Of a stretch of DNA of 64,000 nt, positions 19,900 through 31,294 are shown piece by piece (within the stretch, counting starts at the first letter, position 1; each line of letters opens with the position of its first letter). A model generated the notes under the pieces. It did no database searches and was not told the origin of the DNA. It worked only from the letters and a program-made list of their open reading frames with translations. The translations under genes were made by a program, and so were the position numbers. The stretch lies in the NCBI GenBank assembly GCA_026415235.1, contig JAOAHM010000062.1:32788-96787 (forward strand), read 5' to 3'. This stretch comes from Ignavibacteria bacterium (GTDB taxonomy: Bacteria; Bacteroidota; Ignavibacteria; Ch128b).

Positions 19900-19928
19900 C
19901 ATCTTTAATTAATCTGGAGGAGCAAGCT

Positions 19929-20996
19929 ATGTTAAAAAATGAAATTCTAAATCTTCAAAAAGATGTTGTTTATCCTTCTATTACAATATTGATGCCCACT
20001 TCAAGAATAACAGTTGATACTAATAAGGAGAAAATTCTATTAAAAAATTTGATTAACGAGTTGGAGGAGAAATTAAAACATAAAGTTGATAAAAAGAACG
20101 CAGAAGTTTTATTACAAAAAGTTAGAGATTTAGCAAACGAAATTGATTTTTTTAACATGAATGATGGACTTGGAATATTCGTTAACGAAAAAAAATCATT
20201 CATCATAAAATTCCCATTTACTGTTCCTGCTCTGGTTGTTATTGACGATACTTTTGAGACAAAATATTTAATCAAACAATACAACCGTTCAATTGAATAT
20301 TATCTTTTGAATCTGAATGAGAAAGAAACTTCCTTGTTTCTTGGTTTCAATGAAATAATTGAACCAATTAAAAATGATGATTTTCCATTTTCCATACACG
20401 ACATTGTTGAAATTAGCTATGAACAAGGTACATGGCACTACGACTCAGCAATGATGGAAAAAGTAAAACAGTACTTACGTGAAGCAAATCGAAGAGCTAA
20501 AAATAATATTGAGAATGAGTCACCTTTAGTAATTGCAGGAGTAAACAAAATTGTGTCTCTATTTGAAGATTTAAGTGATTACAAGTTAATCATTGGAAAG
20601 ATTGAAGGAAGTTATGATTCAAAGAGTTTACACGAACTTGGTAAGAAAGCAAATGCAATTGTTCAAAAATATCTAAACGAAATTAGAGAAAAAGTATTTA
20701 AAGAATTTTTAGAAAGTTTTGGATATAAGAAAGCCACATTTGGATTATTGGATGTTTGGAATTTAGCCAATGAAGGTAGAATTGAAACATTACTCGTAGA
20801 AGAAAACTATCATCAACCTGCAAGATTTGAGGGAAATCAACCAATACTTGTGCAAGAAACAAATGATTCGTTACTCATAGAAGATTTAGTTGATGAAACA
20901 ATTGAGCTTGTTTTCAAGCAAAAAGGTAAAGTTTATTTTTATGAAGATGGAAGATTAAATAATTATTCAAGAATCGGCGCAATTTTAAGATACTGA
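19929..20996 (+). CDS. baeRF3-like protein (bacterial eRF1-fold family), function unknown
   Basis: TGGAGGAG RBS. N-terminal SITILMPTSRITVDTNKEKILLKNLINELEEKL resembles the baeRF3 signature (xSIYxPTHR...IxLKNLL). There is a central FETKYLIKQ...YYLLNLNEKETSLF block and a C-terminal DVWNLANEGRIETLLV block. Confidence 0.55.
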   Translation: MLKNEILNLQKDVVYPSITILMPTSRITVDTNKEKILLKNLINELEEKLKHKVDKKNAEVLLQKVRDLANEIDFFNMNDGLGIFVNEKKSFIIKFPFTVPALVVIDDTFETKYLIKQYNRSIEYYLLNLNEKETSLFLGFNEIIEPIKNDDFPFSIHDIVEISYEQGTWHYDSAMMEKVKQYLREANRRAKNNIENESPLVIAGVNKIVSLFEDLSDYKLIIGKIEGSYDSKSLHELGKKANAIVQKYLNEIREKVFKEFLESFGYKKATFGLLDVWNLANEGRIETLLVEENYHQPARFEGNQPILVQETNDSLLIEDLVDETIELVFKQKGKVYFYEDGRLNNYSRIGAILRY

Positions 20997-21109
20997 TTTG
21001 AGATAAATCAATTAAATAAAGTCATAGAGACTTACTGAGAAATTTAAAATTTGAACAACTTAATTTTTTATTAAGGAATCACAATTCACAAAAATTTTTT
21101 TTAAGAATT

Positions 21110-21160
21110 AAGTTCTGTCACTCATATAAACCTATGATGTGACAGAACTTTTAATTTTTT
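21110..21160 (+). terminator. Rho-independent terminator downstream of the baeRF3-like gene
   Basis: 12-bp stem AAGTTCTGTCAC / GTGACAGAACTT with a 17-nt loop, followed by TTAATTTTTT. Confidence 0.6.
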
Positions 21161-21254
21161 AAAGACAGGATAAAATTTGAAAATGAGCTTTTTGAATGAA
21201 AGTTGTATAAACTAAAAAAGGAGGATTTTTAATGTGGAAGGGTTTGAATTATAG

Positions 21255-21327
21255 AGGCGCGGGCCGGATTCGAACCGGCGAATAAAGGTTTTGCAGACCT
21301 CTCCCTTAGCCACTTGGGTACCGCGCC
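21255..21327 (-). tRNA. tRNA-Cys (anticodon GCA)
   Basis: Reverse complement GGCGCGGTACCCAAGTGGCTAAGGGAGAGGTCTGCAAAACCTTTATTCGCCGGTTCGAATCCGGCCCGCGCCT. Anticodon loop is CTGCAAA and the discriminator is U. Confidence 0.9.
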
Positions 21328-21346
21328 AATTTTTCAAAATAATTTA

Positions 21347-21381
21347 TAAAAAAAATCCCGATGATTTCATCGGGATTTTTT
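21347..21381. terminator. Symmetric (bidirectional-type) hairpin between tRNA-Gly and tRNA-Cys
   Basis: Stem ATCCCGATGA / TCATCGGGAT (10 bp) is flanked by an A-run on one side and a T-run on the other. Confidence 0.6.
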
Positions 21382-21382
21382 G

Positions 21383-21455
21383 AGCGGGAAACGGGACTCG
21401 AACCCGCGACATTCACCTTGGCAAGGTGACGCTCTACCAACTGAGCTATTCCCGC
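21383..21455 (-). tRNA. tRNA-Gly (anticodon GCC)
   Basis: Reverse complement GCGGGAATAGCTCAGTTGGTAGAGCGTCACCTTGCCAAGGTGAATGTCGCGGGTTCGAGTCCCGTTTCCCGCT. Anticodon loop is TTGCCAA. Confidence 0.9.
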
Positions 21456-21666
21456 ATGTCATAATTTTAAGAACGTTTTCTTTTCAAATGCAGTGCAAAT
21501 ATAATTTTTATTATGAATTCAATCAAGTTTATCAATCATGTTTTACACCAAGTCAATAATTTTTTGTGACTAATTAAATCGTTTCAAATTGTATAATTAA
21601 AAAATTAAATGGAACTATTTAGCTCAGAATATGATTTTATTCAAAAAATTTAATTACGAGGGAAAA

Positions 21667-23688
21667 ATGAATCAAAGAAAACCGAATAAGTTGATAAATG
21701 AAAAAAGCTTATACCTCAAGCAACATGCATACAATCCAATCAATTGGTATCCGTGGAGTGAAGAAGCCTTTCGAATTGCCGAAGAGCGTGATTGCCCAAT
21801 CTTTCTAAGCATTGGTTATAGTTCGTGTCATTGGTGTCATGTGATGGAAAGAGAAAGTTTTGAAGATGAAGAAGTTGCGAAAATTTTAAACGAGAATTTT
21901 GTTTCTATAAAAGTTGATCGTGAAGAACATCCAGATGTAGATAACTTCTATATGACATTTGTTCAATCATCAATTGGTAGTGGTGGCTGGCCATTGAGTG
22001 TGTTTTTATTACCTGATAAAACTCCATTCTTTGGTGGAACATATTTCCCACCTGAACCGAAGTTCGGAAAGCCATCTTTCAAAAATGTTCTGATTTCTGT
22101 AATTGAAACTTACAGAAATAGAAGAAATGATTTAGAAAAAATGAAATATGAAATTCAAAGTTTTTTAGAAAAAATTTTTGTCGTTCAAGAAAAAGTAGAA
22201 AAAGTTGATATAGAAAATTTGAAAGATGTATTTACAACGATTTCCAATGCATACGATTGGTCAAATGGAGGTTGGGGAAAAGGTTCAAAATTTCCAATGT
22301 TTACCTTACTTAATTTTTTGATTGATTATTTTAATGTATTTAATGACAACACATCATTGGCAATTGTAGAACATAACATAACTAAAATTCTCACTGGTGG
22401 TATTTATGACCATCTCGAAGGTGGAATGCACAGATACACCGTTGATAATAAATGGATTGTACCACATTACGAGAAAATGCTCTATGACAATGCTCAATTA
22501 ATTGAATTGATTTCAAAATTCTTGATTTTAAAAGATGACGAATTCTTTAAATCAAAATTATACGAGACATTTTATTTTTTGAAAAGAGAAATGAAAGATG
22601 ACTCTGGTGGATATCTAACTGCAATTGATGCTGACTCTGAAAATGAAGAAGGAAAATTTTATTTGTGGAACTACAATGAACTTGTAAGTGAAATTAAAAT
22701 CAAATTTAATTCAGATCTATTTTTTGAATTTTATCAATTCAATCTTGTTGAAAAAGAATCGTTGAAAGGAAATCTTTCCATCAAAAAAATTCCAAATGAA
22801 AATGATGTGATTACTATTAACGAACTCAATCTTATCAAAGAACATTTGAGAAAAATCAGAGCACTTAGACCAAAACCAGAGAAGGATAATAAAATATTAA
22901 CAGACTTAAATTCACTTTTAATCTCAGCATTATGTTGGGCATATCGAGCTACTGAAAACCAAGAATTCATAAATGAAGCAAAATCTATTCATCAATTTAT
23001 TTGCTCAAAGTTAGTAGTCGAAAATAATCTCTATCATTCTTTCACCGAAGGTGAGGCAAGAATATCTGGATTCGCAGAAGATTATTTTTCACTTATTCAA
23101 GCTAAGATTGATTTGTATGAAACAACTTTTGAAGATATTTATCTTTTAGATGCTTACGATTTACTTAAAAATGCAATCAATCAATTTTATGATGAAAAAA
23201 ACAAAGCCATATATCAACAAACAGCCAATTCAAATCTTCCATTCCGAACAACTGAGAACAAGGATTATTCAAAACCGTCTTCTACATCTTTAGCCATATC
23301 AGTCGCACTTAAATTAGGTAAAATTTTTGAAGACAATGAATTATTAAAAATTGGCAATGAATTAATTGAGAAAAATTTTGATGAACTCAACAAGTATCCG
23401 TTTGGAGGTGGTAAATTCTTCTCTGGGGTATGCCAATTTGTCGTTCCATCAAAAGAAATAATTCTTGTGGAAGGAACAGAAGATGGAAATTTCAAAGGGT
23501 TCAAGTCCTTTATGTTGAAACAAATTCATCCATCTTTAGTTGTGTTAGTCAAAAAGAAAGAAACACCATTTAAGTTTAGTTATCTATTTGGTAAGGAAAG
23601 TTTGAATGGGAAAGCGACATTGTATATCTGTGAAAACTTTTCTTGCAAAAAACCAATCACTGAAATTAGTGATTTAATGTTTAATTGA
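21667..23688 (+). CDS. Thioredoxin-domain protein of the DUF255/YyaL type (thioredoxin-like N-domain plus alpha/alpha-toroid C-domain)
   Basis: [13 protein letters not shown] and the [16 protein letters not shown] motif. ATG 21667, preceded by GAGGG, is the likely start; the track ORF starts at 21631. Confidence 0.8.
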   Translation: MNQRKPNKLINEKSLYLKQHAYNPINWYPWSEEAFRIAEERDCPIFLSIGYSSCHWCHVMERESFEDEEVAKILNENFVSIKVDREEHPDVDNFYMTFVQSSIGSGGWPLSVFLLPDKTPFFGGTYFPPEPKFGKPSFKNVLISVIETYRNRRNDLEKMKYEIQSFLEKIFVVQEKVEKVDIENLKDVFTTISNAYDWSNGGWGKGSKFPMFTLLNFLIDYFNVFNDNTSLAIVEHNITKILTGGIYDHLEGGMHRYTVDNKWIVPHYEKMLYDNAQLIELISKFLILKDDEFFKSKLYETFYFLKREMKDDSGGYLTAIDADSENEEGKFYLWNYNELVSEIKIKFNSDLFFEFYQFNLVEKESLKGNLSIKKIPNENDVITINELNLIKEHLRKIRALRPKPEKDNKILTDLNSLLISALCWAYRATENQEFINEAKSIHQFICSKLVVENNLYHSFTEGEARISGFAEDYFSLIQAKIDLYETTFEDIYLLDAYDLLKNAINQFYDEKNKAIYQQTANSNLPFRTTENKDYSKPSSTSLAISVALKLGKIFEDNELLKIGNELIEKNFDELNKYPFGGGKFFSGVCQFVVPSKEIILVEGTEDGNFKGFKSFMLKQIHPSLVVLVKKKETPFKFSYLFGKESLNGKATLYICENFSCKKPITEISDLMFN

Positions 23689-23741
23689 ATGATAAGTCAA
23701 GATATTTTTTTATTAAATTGGAACGACATTTTTGAAATAAT

Positions 23742-24536
23742 ATGATTGAACTGATAAATATAAATTTTAGCTATCCCGAAAGTCCGAATAAGTTTATCTT
23801 ACAAGATATCAATCTAAAGTTAGACAAAAGTAAATTTTCTGTGATACTTGGACCTAATGGCTCAGGCAAAACTACTTTGATAAAGCTTATTGCTCGTCTG
23901 TTGAAACCAACATCTGGGAGAATATTTTTAGATAACATTCCAATTGAAAAAATAAGTTTGAAAGAATTTTATCGTCGAGTTAGTTATGTTCCACAAAAAT
24001 TCTTTTCAATTTATCCATATACAGTTTTTGAAATTGTTCTAATGGGAAGAAGTTTGAACTTTAATTTTTTAGGATTTGAAAGTCGAAAAGATTTAATAAA
24101 AGTTAACGAGATACTTGAACAACTTGAAATTAGTCATCTCGCAAAAAAAAGGATTGATGAAATAAGTGGTGGTGAGTTGCAAAAAGTTATTCTTGCAAGG
24201 TCAATTGCTCAGGAAGCTGATATTCTATTGCTTGATGAACCAAACACTCATCTCGACATAAAACATCAAATCCAAATTTTTGATTTGTTAAGCTCTCTGA
24301 AGAGCAAAGGTAAAACAATAATTGCGGTTTCTCACGATATTAATATCGCTTCATTTTATGCGGATAATTTAATTTTTATTAAAGATGGTAAAATCAGATA
24401 CGAAGGAGATATCAAATCAGTTCTTCGTGAAGAGATTATTGAAGAAATTTTTGAAGTTGAGAACAAAGTTTTAATTGATAACGAAAAAAATATTCCTCAG
24501 TTGATTATTAATCCTTTGAGAAAAAACTTTGAATAG
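23742..24536 (+). CDS. ABC transporter ATP-binding protein (FepC/BtuD-like), with no permease gene adjacent
   Basis: Walker A GPNGSGKTT, signature ISGGELQKV, Walker B LLLDEP and H-loop SHDIN. Confidence 0.85.
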   Translation: MIELININFSYPESPNKFILQDINLKLDKSKFSVILGPNGSGKTTLIKLIARLLKPTSGRIFLDNIPIEKISLKEFYRRVSYVPQKFFSIYPYTVFEIVLMGRSLNFNFLGFESRKDLIKVNEILEQLEISHLAKKRIDEISGGELQKVILARSIAQEADILLLDEPNTHLDIKHQIQIFDLLSSLKSKGKTIIAVSHDINIASFYADNLIFIKDGKIRYEGDIKSVLREEIIEEIFEVENKVLIDNEKNIPQLIINPLRKNFE

Positions 24537-25569
24537 TACATCATTCATAAAAAAATTTTTTTTAATCTTAGTCGGTATCTTGGGTGAAGTTTCTTCACTA
24601 ATCTTTATTTATTTCATTAAATATCGCACGCACAATCTTTCATTAGACAAAATCAATCTGTTTTATTCTGGCAATTTTCTCAATCTTCTCTTGAGTAGTT
24701 TGATTGTTCTAAGTCTTTTAATCAATTTCTTTAGGATTAAAAAAATCAAACTTGTTGAACTTCAAATTTATCTCAACGCTTTGTTCTTGTCAGTCTTGAT
24801 GCTTTTGATTTTAGCAATTTTACTTGCTCGAGATTTTTATGTATTGGGAATGTTAAAAACAGAAGTATACGAAGTCGAAAAAGTTATTAGTGTAATACTC
24901 TGGATAGTTTTCTTCATCATAAAATTATTTAGTCTTAATTACCTTGTTTTGAAAATTTTTGGAATTAAAAGTGGATTAGTACCTAAGAATTTAATTTTAA
25001 TCTCAGCGGTTTTTGCATTGATAATTTCTTTTGCTTTCATGAAAATTTATTTCATTTCAAAAGTTGGAGATGAATTTTATTTGCACAAAGGTGAAAAGTT
25101 TAATGCAATTGTAGTTTTAGGCGCTGCAGTTTGGAAAGGGAATATTCCAAGTCCAATTTATGAGAGAAGATTAATTACAGCATACAATTTGTTGAATAAG
25201 GGTTTTGCTGATAAAATTATTTTGACTGGAAGTAACGCACCTTTTGAATTTTCAGAAGCAAAGGTAGGTGCGATATATCTTAGAAAAATGGGAGTGGATT
25301 CATTAAAGTTAGAATTTGAAGAGAAAACCACAAGTACAATCGAACAAATACATTTCATCAAAAGAGAATTAATTGAAAAGAGAAATTACAAAAAGATTTT
25401 AGTTGTGAGCGATGGATTTCATTTACCACGAGTAATTGAAATTGCAAAATTCTTGAATGTAGAATTGAAAGTAGTAAGGTCACAATTAAAGATTGAATTC
25501 ATAAACAATATTTGGTATCGAATTCGTGAGTCTGTTTTGCTTGCAATTTTTTGGTTGTTCGCTGTTTGA
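24529..25569 (+). CDS. Membrane protein with C-terminal DUF218 (YdcF/ElyC/SanA-like) domain
   Basis: Five to six N-terminal hydrophobic spans, then AIVVLGAAVW ... ILVVSDGFHLPR, typical of DUF218. The TTG start overlaps the ABC gene by 8 nt, and the start position is uncertain. Confidence 0.6.
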   Translation: MNSTSFIKKFFLILVGILGEVSSLIFIYFIKYRTHNLSLDKINLFYSGNFLNLLLSSLIVLSLLINFFRIKKIKLVELQIYLNALFLSVLMLLILAILLARDFYVLGMLKTEVYEVEKVISVILWIVFFIIKLFSLNYLVLKIFGIKSGLVPKNLILISAVFALIISFAFMKIYFISKVGDEFYLHKGEKFNAIVVLGAAVWKGNIPSPIYERRLITAYNLLNKGFADKIILTGSNAPFEFSEAKVGAIYLRKMGVDSLKLEFEEKTTSTIEQIHFIKRELIEKRNYKKILVVSDGFHLPRVIEIAKFLNVELKVVRSQLKIEFINNIWYRIRESVLLAIFWLFAV

Positions 25570-25607
25570 TTGAATCCCATCAAAATTTTTTGAATTATTC
25601 TCAATGA

Positions 25608-27251
<1,644 letters not shown>

Positions 27252-27261
27252 TGCTCATTCT

Positions 27262-28773
27262 ATGAAAATGTTCTTGCCCATCTTTCTCTTCTTAATTTTT
27301 TCTAAAGTCATATTGGCAAATCAAGAACAAGTTAATTCTTATGAAGCAAAACTAACTCGTGCAATTGACTTGGTGTTTAATTTCAAATTCAACGAAGCAG
27401 AGCAACTTTTGCTCGATTTATCTGAGCAGAATAAATCTGATGCAAGACCTTTCCTTTATCTTTCAAATATTTATGTGTGGAAGTTTATTGGAGATAGAGA
27501 TAAGAAAGATTTTGACAAATTTGAATTGTATAGTAAAAAAACAATTGAGCGTGCTGAAAATCAAATCAATAAAAATTCGAATGATCTTTGGTCTTATTTT
27601 GCTCTTTCAAGTGTTAACGGTTATAGGGCATTGATGTATTTTATGAATCGTGATTATTTGGATGGACTTTGGGCGGTTAGGAAATCAATTAATTGGACAA
27701 ATGATTTGGTGGCAAAAAAACAAGATTTTTATGACGGATATCTATGGCGAGGTGTTTTCTACTTTTCACTTCATCAAGTTCCATCAGCTTTCAAGGGTTT
27801 GCTCTCGATTGTTGGTTTCAAGGGAGATATTAAACAAGGATTGAAAGATTTACAACTTGTTTCAAGGCGAGGAACTTTAGCAAAAGTTGAAGCAGATTAT
27901 TTCCTCTCACAATTTTATTCATCATCATTGAATGATAATCAAAAAGCTTACGAGCTATTGAGAGATTTAGTCGCTAAATATCCAGATAATGAATTGTTCA
28001 TGTATTCCACTGCTGTTGAATTAATTAAACTTCATAAAATAGATGAAGCAAAATTTTTACTTAATAAAATTATTAAGAACAAAAATGTTGAAATAGATGC
28101 AATTAGAAAATTGAGCTTCTTTTTGAATGGTGATTGTTCGTTCTATCAAAATGATTTTAAAGAAGCCATAGGTAATTATGAACAGTTTGTCAACAATTAC
28201 AATCAAAATCAATACAAACCTACTGCATATTTTCGAAGCGCTTTAGCTAATTACTACTTGAACGATAAATCAAAAGCAAAAAGTTTATTAGAAAAAGCGA
28301 TTTCAATTGATTCGAAAGTTGGTGAAGATAAGTTTCATCAACGATATGCAAAAAAGATATTGAGTTCCAATTTTGATGAAAGAATAATGAAAATTTTTTA
28401 TGGTTGGAATTTTTTGCGTGCAGGAAAATTCGAAAATGCAATCAATACTTTTGATGAAATACTGAATTCAAATTCAAATAATGATTTCAAGATTGTGGCT
28501 TCTTACTTAAAAGGATTGAGCTTTTATAAACTAAATGATTCTTCTAATGCAAGAAAAATTTTGAGAGAAACAATTAAGCTTGAAACAAAAGATGAATTGT
28601 GGGCAAAAGCATTTGCATATCTTTATTTAGCAAGGATTGAATTTAATTCTAAAAACTATCAAGCTGCTGAAAATTACTTAATTAAAATTGATGAGCTTGA
28701 AAATTACGATTTCGAAAACTCAATCAAATCTCAAGCGAAAAATTTAAAGGATAGAATTGAATTTAAATTCTAA
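27262..28773 (+). CDS. Secreted TPR-repeat protein
   Basis: The signal peptide MKMFLPIFLFLIFSKVILA begins at ATG 27262; the track GTG at 27199 would overlap pyrG. Helical repeats with a TPR-like A/Y/L pattern run throughout. Confidence 0.6.
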   Translation: MKMFLPIFLFLIFSKVILANQEQVNSYEAKLTRAIDLVFNFKFNEAEQLLLDLSEQNKSDARPFLYLSNIYVWKFIGDRDKKDFDKFELYSKKTIERAENQINKNSNDLWSYFALSSVNGYRALMYFMNRDYLDGLWAVRKSINWTNDLVAKKQDFYDGYLWRGVFYFSLHQVPSAFKGLLSIVGFKGDIKQGLKDLQLVSRRGTLAKVEADYFLSQFYSSSLNDNQKAYELLRDLVAKYPDNELFMYSTAVELIKLHKIDEAKFLLNKIIKNKNVEIDAIRKLSFFLNGDCSFYQNDFKEAIGNYEQFVNNYNQNQYKPTAYFRSALANYYLNDKSKAKSLLEKAISIDSKVGEDKFHQRYAKKILSSNFDERIMKIFYGWNFLRAGKFENAINTFDEILNSNSNNDFKIVASYLKGLSFYKLNDSSNARKILRETIKLETKDELWAKAFAYLYLARIEFNSKNYQAAENYLIKIDELENYDFENSIKSQAKNLKDRIEFKF

Positions 28774-29139
28774 TTTGATTTAAGTAAGCAATCAAGGAAA
28801 ACATATTAGTTGATATTAAATTTTTTTCGTGGGACAGGTTGAATTTTTTTCGAAAATTTTTTTTGAATGAATTCAAAGTAATTAAAGCTTTAGGATTGAG
28901 CATTTTTTTGTAAATCATTCATCTTCTTTTTCAAATTAAATCAAAAAAATTAGAGTTTATTTGAAATCAATGCGATGTACTTTCAAAGATTTGTAATTGA
29001 GTTTTGATAATAGGTTAAAATTTTCTGTAAAAAATGATTTTGGAAAAAATATTAGACAAAAGTCAGCTAAAATTTTTCAAAAAATCCTTTGAAAATTGAT
29101 AAAATTTTATGCTTTAACTAAATTGCACGCACAATTGAG

Positions 29140-29748
29140 ATGAATTTGAAAAGATTTAGAATTGGTGTTTTTGCATCGGGAAGAGGTTCAAACTTGCAGG
29201 CAATAATTGACGCAATCGAGCAAGGTGAATTAAATTGTGAGATAGCTTTTGTTCTGAGCAATAATTCAAATTCTGGTGCTTTAGAGATTGCGAGAAGTAA
29301 AAACATTCCCGCTATTCATCTCAGTGAAAAAAAATATCACAAAGAAAATTTTGAATTATCACTGATTGATGTATTGGAAAATTATAAACCTGATTTAATT
29401 GTGCTTGCTGGTTATATGAAACTTGTGCCTTCGATGGTTATTGAAAGATTTAGAAATAAAATCATAAATATTCATCCAGCCTTATTACCAAAATATGGCG
29501 GAAAGGGAATGTTTGGTATTAATGTTCACAGAGCTGTTTTTGAATCAAATGAGAAAGAGAGTGGAGTGACTGTCCATGTAGTGAATGAAAAATATGATGA
29601 AGGAAAAATTCTTTATCAAGAGAAAATAGATATTACAGATTGTAATTCACCAGAAGAAATTGCTCAGAAAGTTTTGAAGGTTGAACATAGAGTTTATCCG
29701 CAAGTAATTCAAAAAATTGTAGATGGTAAAATTTCCTTGGTAGATTAA
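29140..29748 (+). CDS. purN: Phosphoribosylglycinamide formyltransferase
   Basis: GSNLQAIIDA and NIHPALLPKYGGKGMFG. Confidence 0.9.
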   Translation: MNLKRFRIGVFASGRGSNLQAIIDAIEQGELNCEIAFVLSNNSNSGALEIARSKNIPAIHLSEKKYHKENFELSLIDVLENYKPDLIVLAGYMKLVPSMVIERFRNKIINIHPALLPKYGGKGMFGINVHRAVFESNEKESGVTVHVVNEKYDEGKILYQEKIDITDCNSPEEIAQKVLKVEHRVYPQVIQKIVDGKISLVD

Positions 29749-31286
29749 TGATTGATTTTTTACAAATAAGAAGAGCGATAATCAGTGTTTATGATAAGAG
29801 TGGTTTAGAACTTTTAGTCGAAGTTCTTGAGAAATTTGGTGTCGAAATTTTTTCTTCAGGTGGAACATATACTTTCCTTTCCAAAAAGTTTAAGAATGTA
29901 AAATCTTTAAGTGAAATAACAGGAATTGTTTCTATCTTAGATGGGCGAGTTAAAACTCTTCATCCACTTGTGCATGCTTCAATCTTAGCTCGAAAAGACT
30001 CACAAGAACATCTTGATGAACTTAAGAATTTTGGTGTAGAACCATTTGATCTTGTTGTTGTTAACTTCTATCCATTTGAGAACATCTTGGCGAATGAAAA
30101 AGCATCTCAATCGGAAATAATTGAACATATTGATATTGGTGGACCAACTCTTGTTCGTTCAGCTGCAAAAAATTTCGAATCTGTTGCTGTTGTAACAAGC
30201 ATAGAGCAATACAAAATTTTGATTGATGAATTAGAAAAATTTTCTGGCAAAGTTAGTTATGAATTAAGAAGAAATCTTGCTGCTCAAGCATTTCAAAAAA
30301 TCGTTGAATATGATAGTGCAATAAGTAATTATTTCAATTCGAATTCAGTATTGAACATTTCACTTAAACTTGAAAAAGATTTAAGATACGGTGAAAATCC
30401 ACATCAGAAAGCACAATTGTATGGCGAATTTTTCAATTACTTTGAACATTTGCATGGGAAGGAACTTTCTTTTAACAATATTCTTGATATCAATGCTGCT
30501 ACTGAACTTGTATTTGAATTTGATGAAATTGCTTGTGCAATCATTAAGCATAATTCACCTTGTGGAGTTGCATTAGGTAAAACTACTCTTGATGCGTATC
30601 AAAAAGCACTTTCATGTGATCCTGTTTCAGCATTTGGTGGAATTGTTGCATTCAATCGCAAGATTGATATTGAAACTGCACAAAAACTCAACGAAATTTT
30701 TCTTGAAGTCATAATTGCACCTGATTTTGAAAATGAAGCACTTGAAATTTTACAAAAGAAAAAAGACAGACGATTAATCAAAGTTAGAAATGACTTCAAA
30801 GGGAAAGTTGGTTTGTTAATTAATAGTGAAATTAAATCAGTAATAGGTGGGTTATTAATTCAATCGAAAGATAATATTATTTACAATCAAGATTCGCTTC
30901 AATTCGTAACTGATTTGAAACCGACAGAAGATGAATTAAAGAATTTACTTTTCGCTTTCACCGTTTCAAAATATGTTAAATCTAATGCAATTGTTTTCGC
31001 AAGAAATTTAATGACAATTGGAATTGGAGGTGGACAAACCTCAAGAGTTGATTCAGTAAAAATCGCAATTATGAAAGCAAAAGAATTTAATCATGATTTG
31101 AATGATTCAGTTGTTGCTTCAGATGGGTTTTTCCCGTTTCCTGATTCAGTTGAACTTGCATCAAAAGCTGGAGCAAAGTTGTTTATTCAACCAGGTGGTT
31201 CAATTCGTGATGAAGAAGTAATTCAATTTGCAAATGAACAAAAATTAAAGATGGTATTAACAAAAATCAGACATTTCAAACATTAG
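29748..31286 (+). CDS. purH: Bifunctional AICAR transformylase / IMP cyclohydrolase
   Basis: KTLHPLVHASILAR, GGQTSRVDS and a C-terminal ...RHFKH. TAATG overlap with purN. Confidence 0.95.
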   Translation: MIDFLQIRRAIISVYDKSGLELLVEVLEKFGVEIFSSGGTYTFLSKKFKNVKSLSEITGIVSILDGRVKTLHPLVHASILARKDSQEHLDELKNFGVEPFDLVVVNFYPFENILANEKASQSEIIEHIDIGGPTLVRSAAKNFESVAVVTSIEQYKILIDELEKFSGKVSYELRRNLAAQAFQKIVEYDSAISNYFNSNSVLNISLKLEKDLRYGENPHQKAQLYGEFFNYFEHLHGKELSFNNILDINAATELVFEFDEIACAIIKHNSPCGVALGKTTLDAYQKALSCDPVSAFGGIVAFNRKIDIETAQKLNEIFLEVIIAPDFENEALEILQKKKDRRLIKVRNDFKGKVGLLINSEIKSVIGGLLIQSKDNIIYNQDSLQFVTDLKPTEDELKNLLFAFTVSKYVKSNAIVFARNLMTIGIGGGQTSRVDSVKIAIMKAKEFNHDLNDSVVASDGFFPFPDSVELASKAGAKLFIQPGGSIRDEEVIQFANEQKLKMVLTKIRHFKH

Positions 31287-31294
31287 GAATAACT

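Noticed and set aside
27359-27844. Plus-strand alternative-frame ORFs (91 and 64 aa) inside the TPR gene, and 2357..2557 inside the first barrel gene.
   Set aside because: They are overlapping-frame ORFs with no RBS and hydrophobic or low-complexity translations. The main frames are better supported.
28774-29139. A possible purine riboswitch or other leader in the 366-nt gap upstream of purN. The 470-nt gap upstream of nusB (12748..13217) and the 307-nt gap upstream of the DUF1015 gene were examined in the same way.
   Set aside because: These gaps are very AT-rich. I found no conserved riboswitch core sequences and no convincing GC-supported helices beyond the annotated terminator. A covariance-model scan would still be needed to exclude small RNAs.
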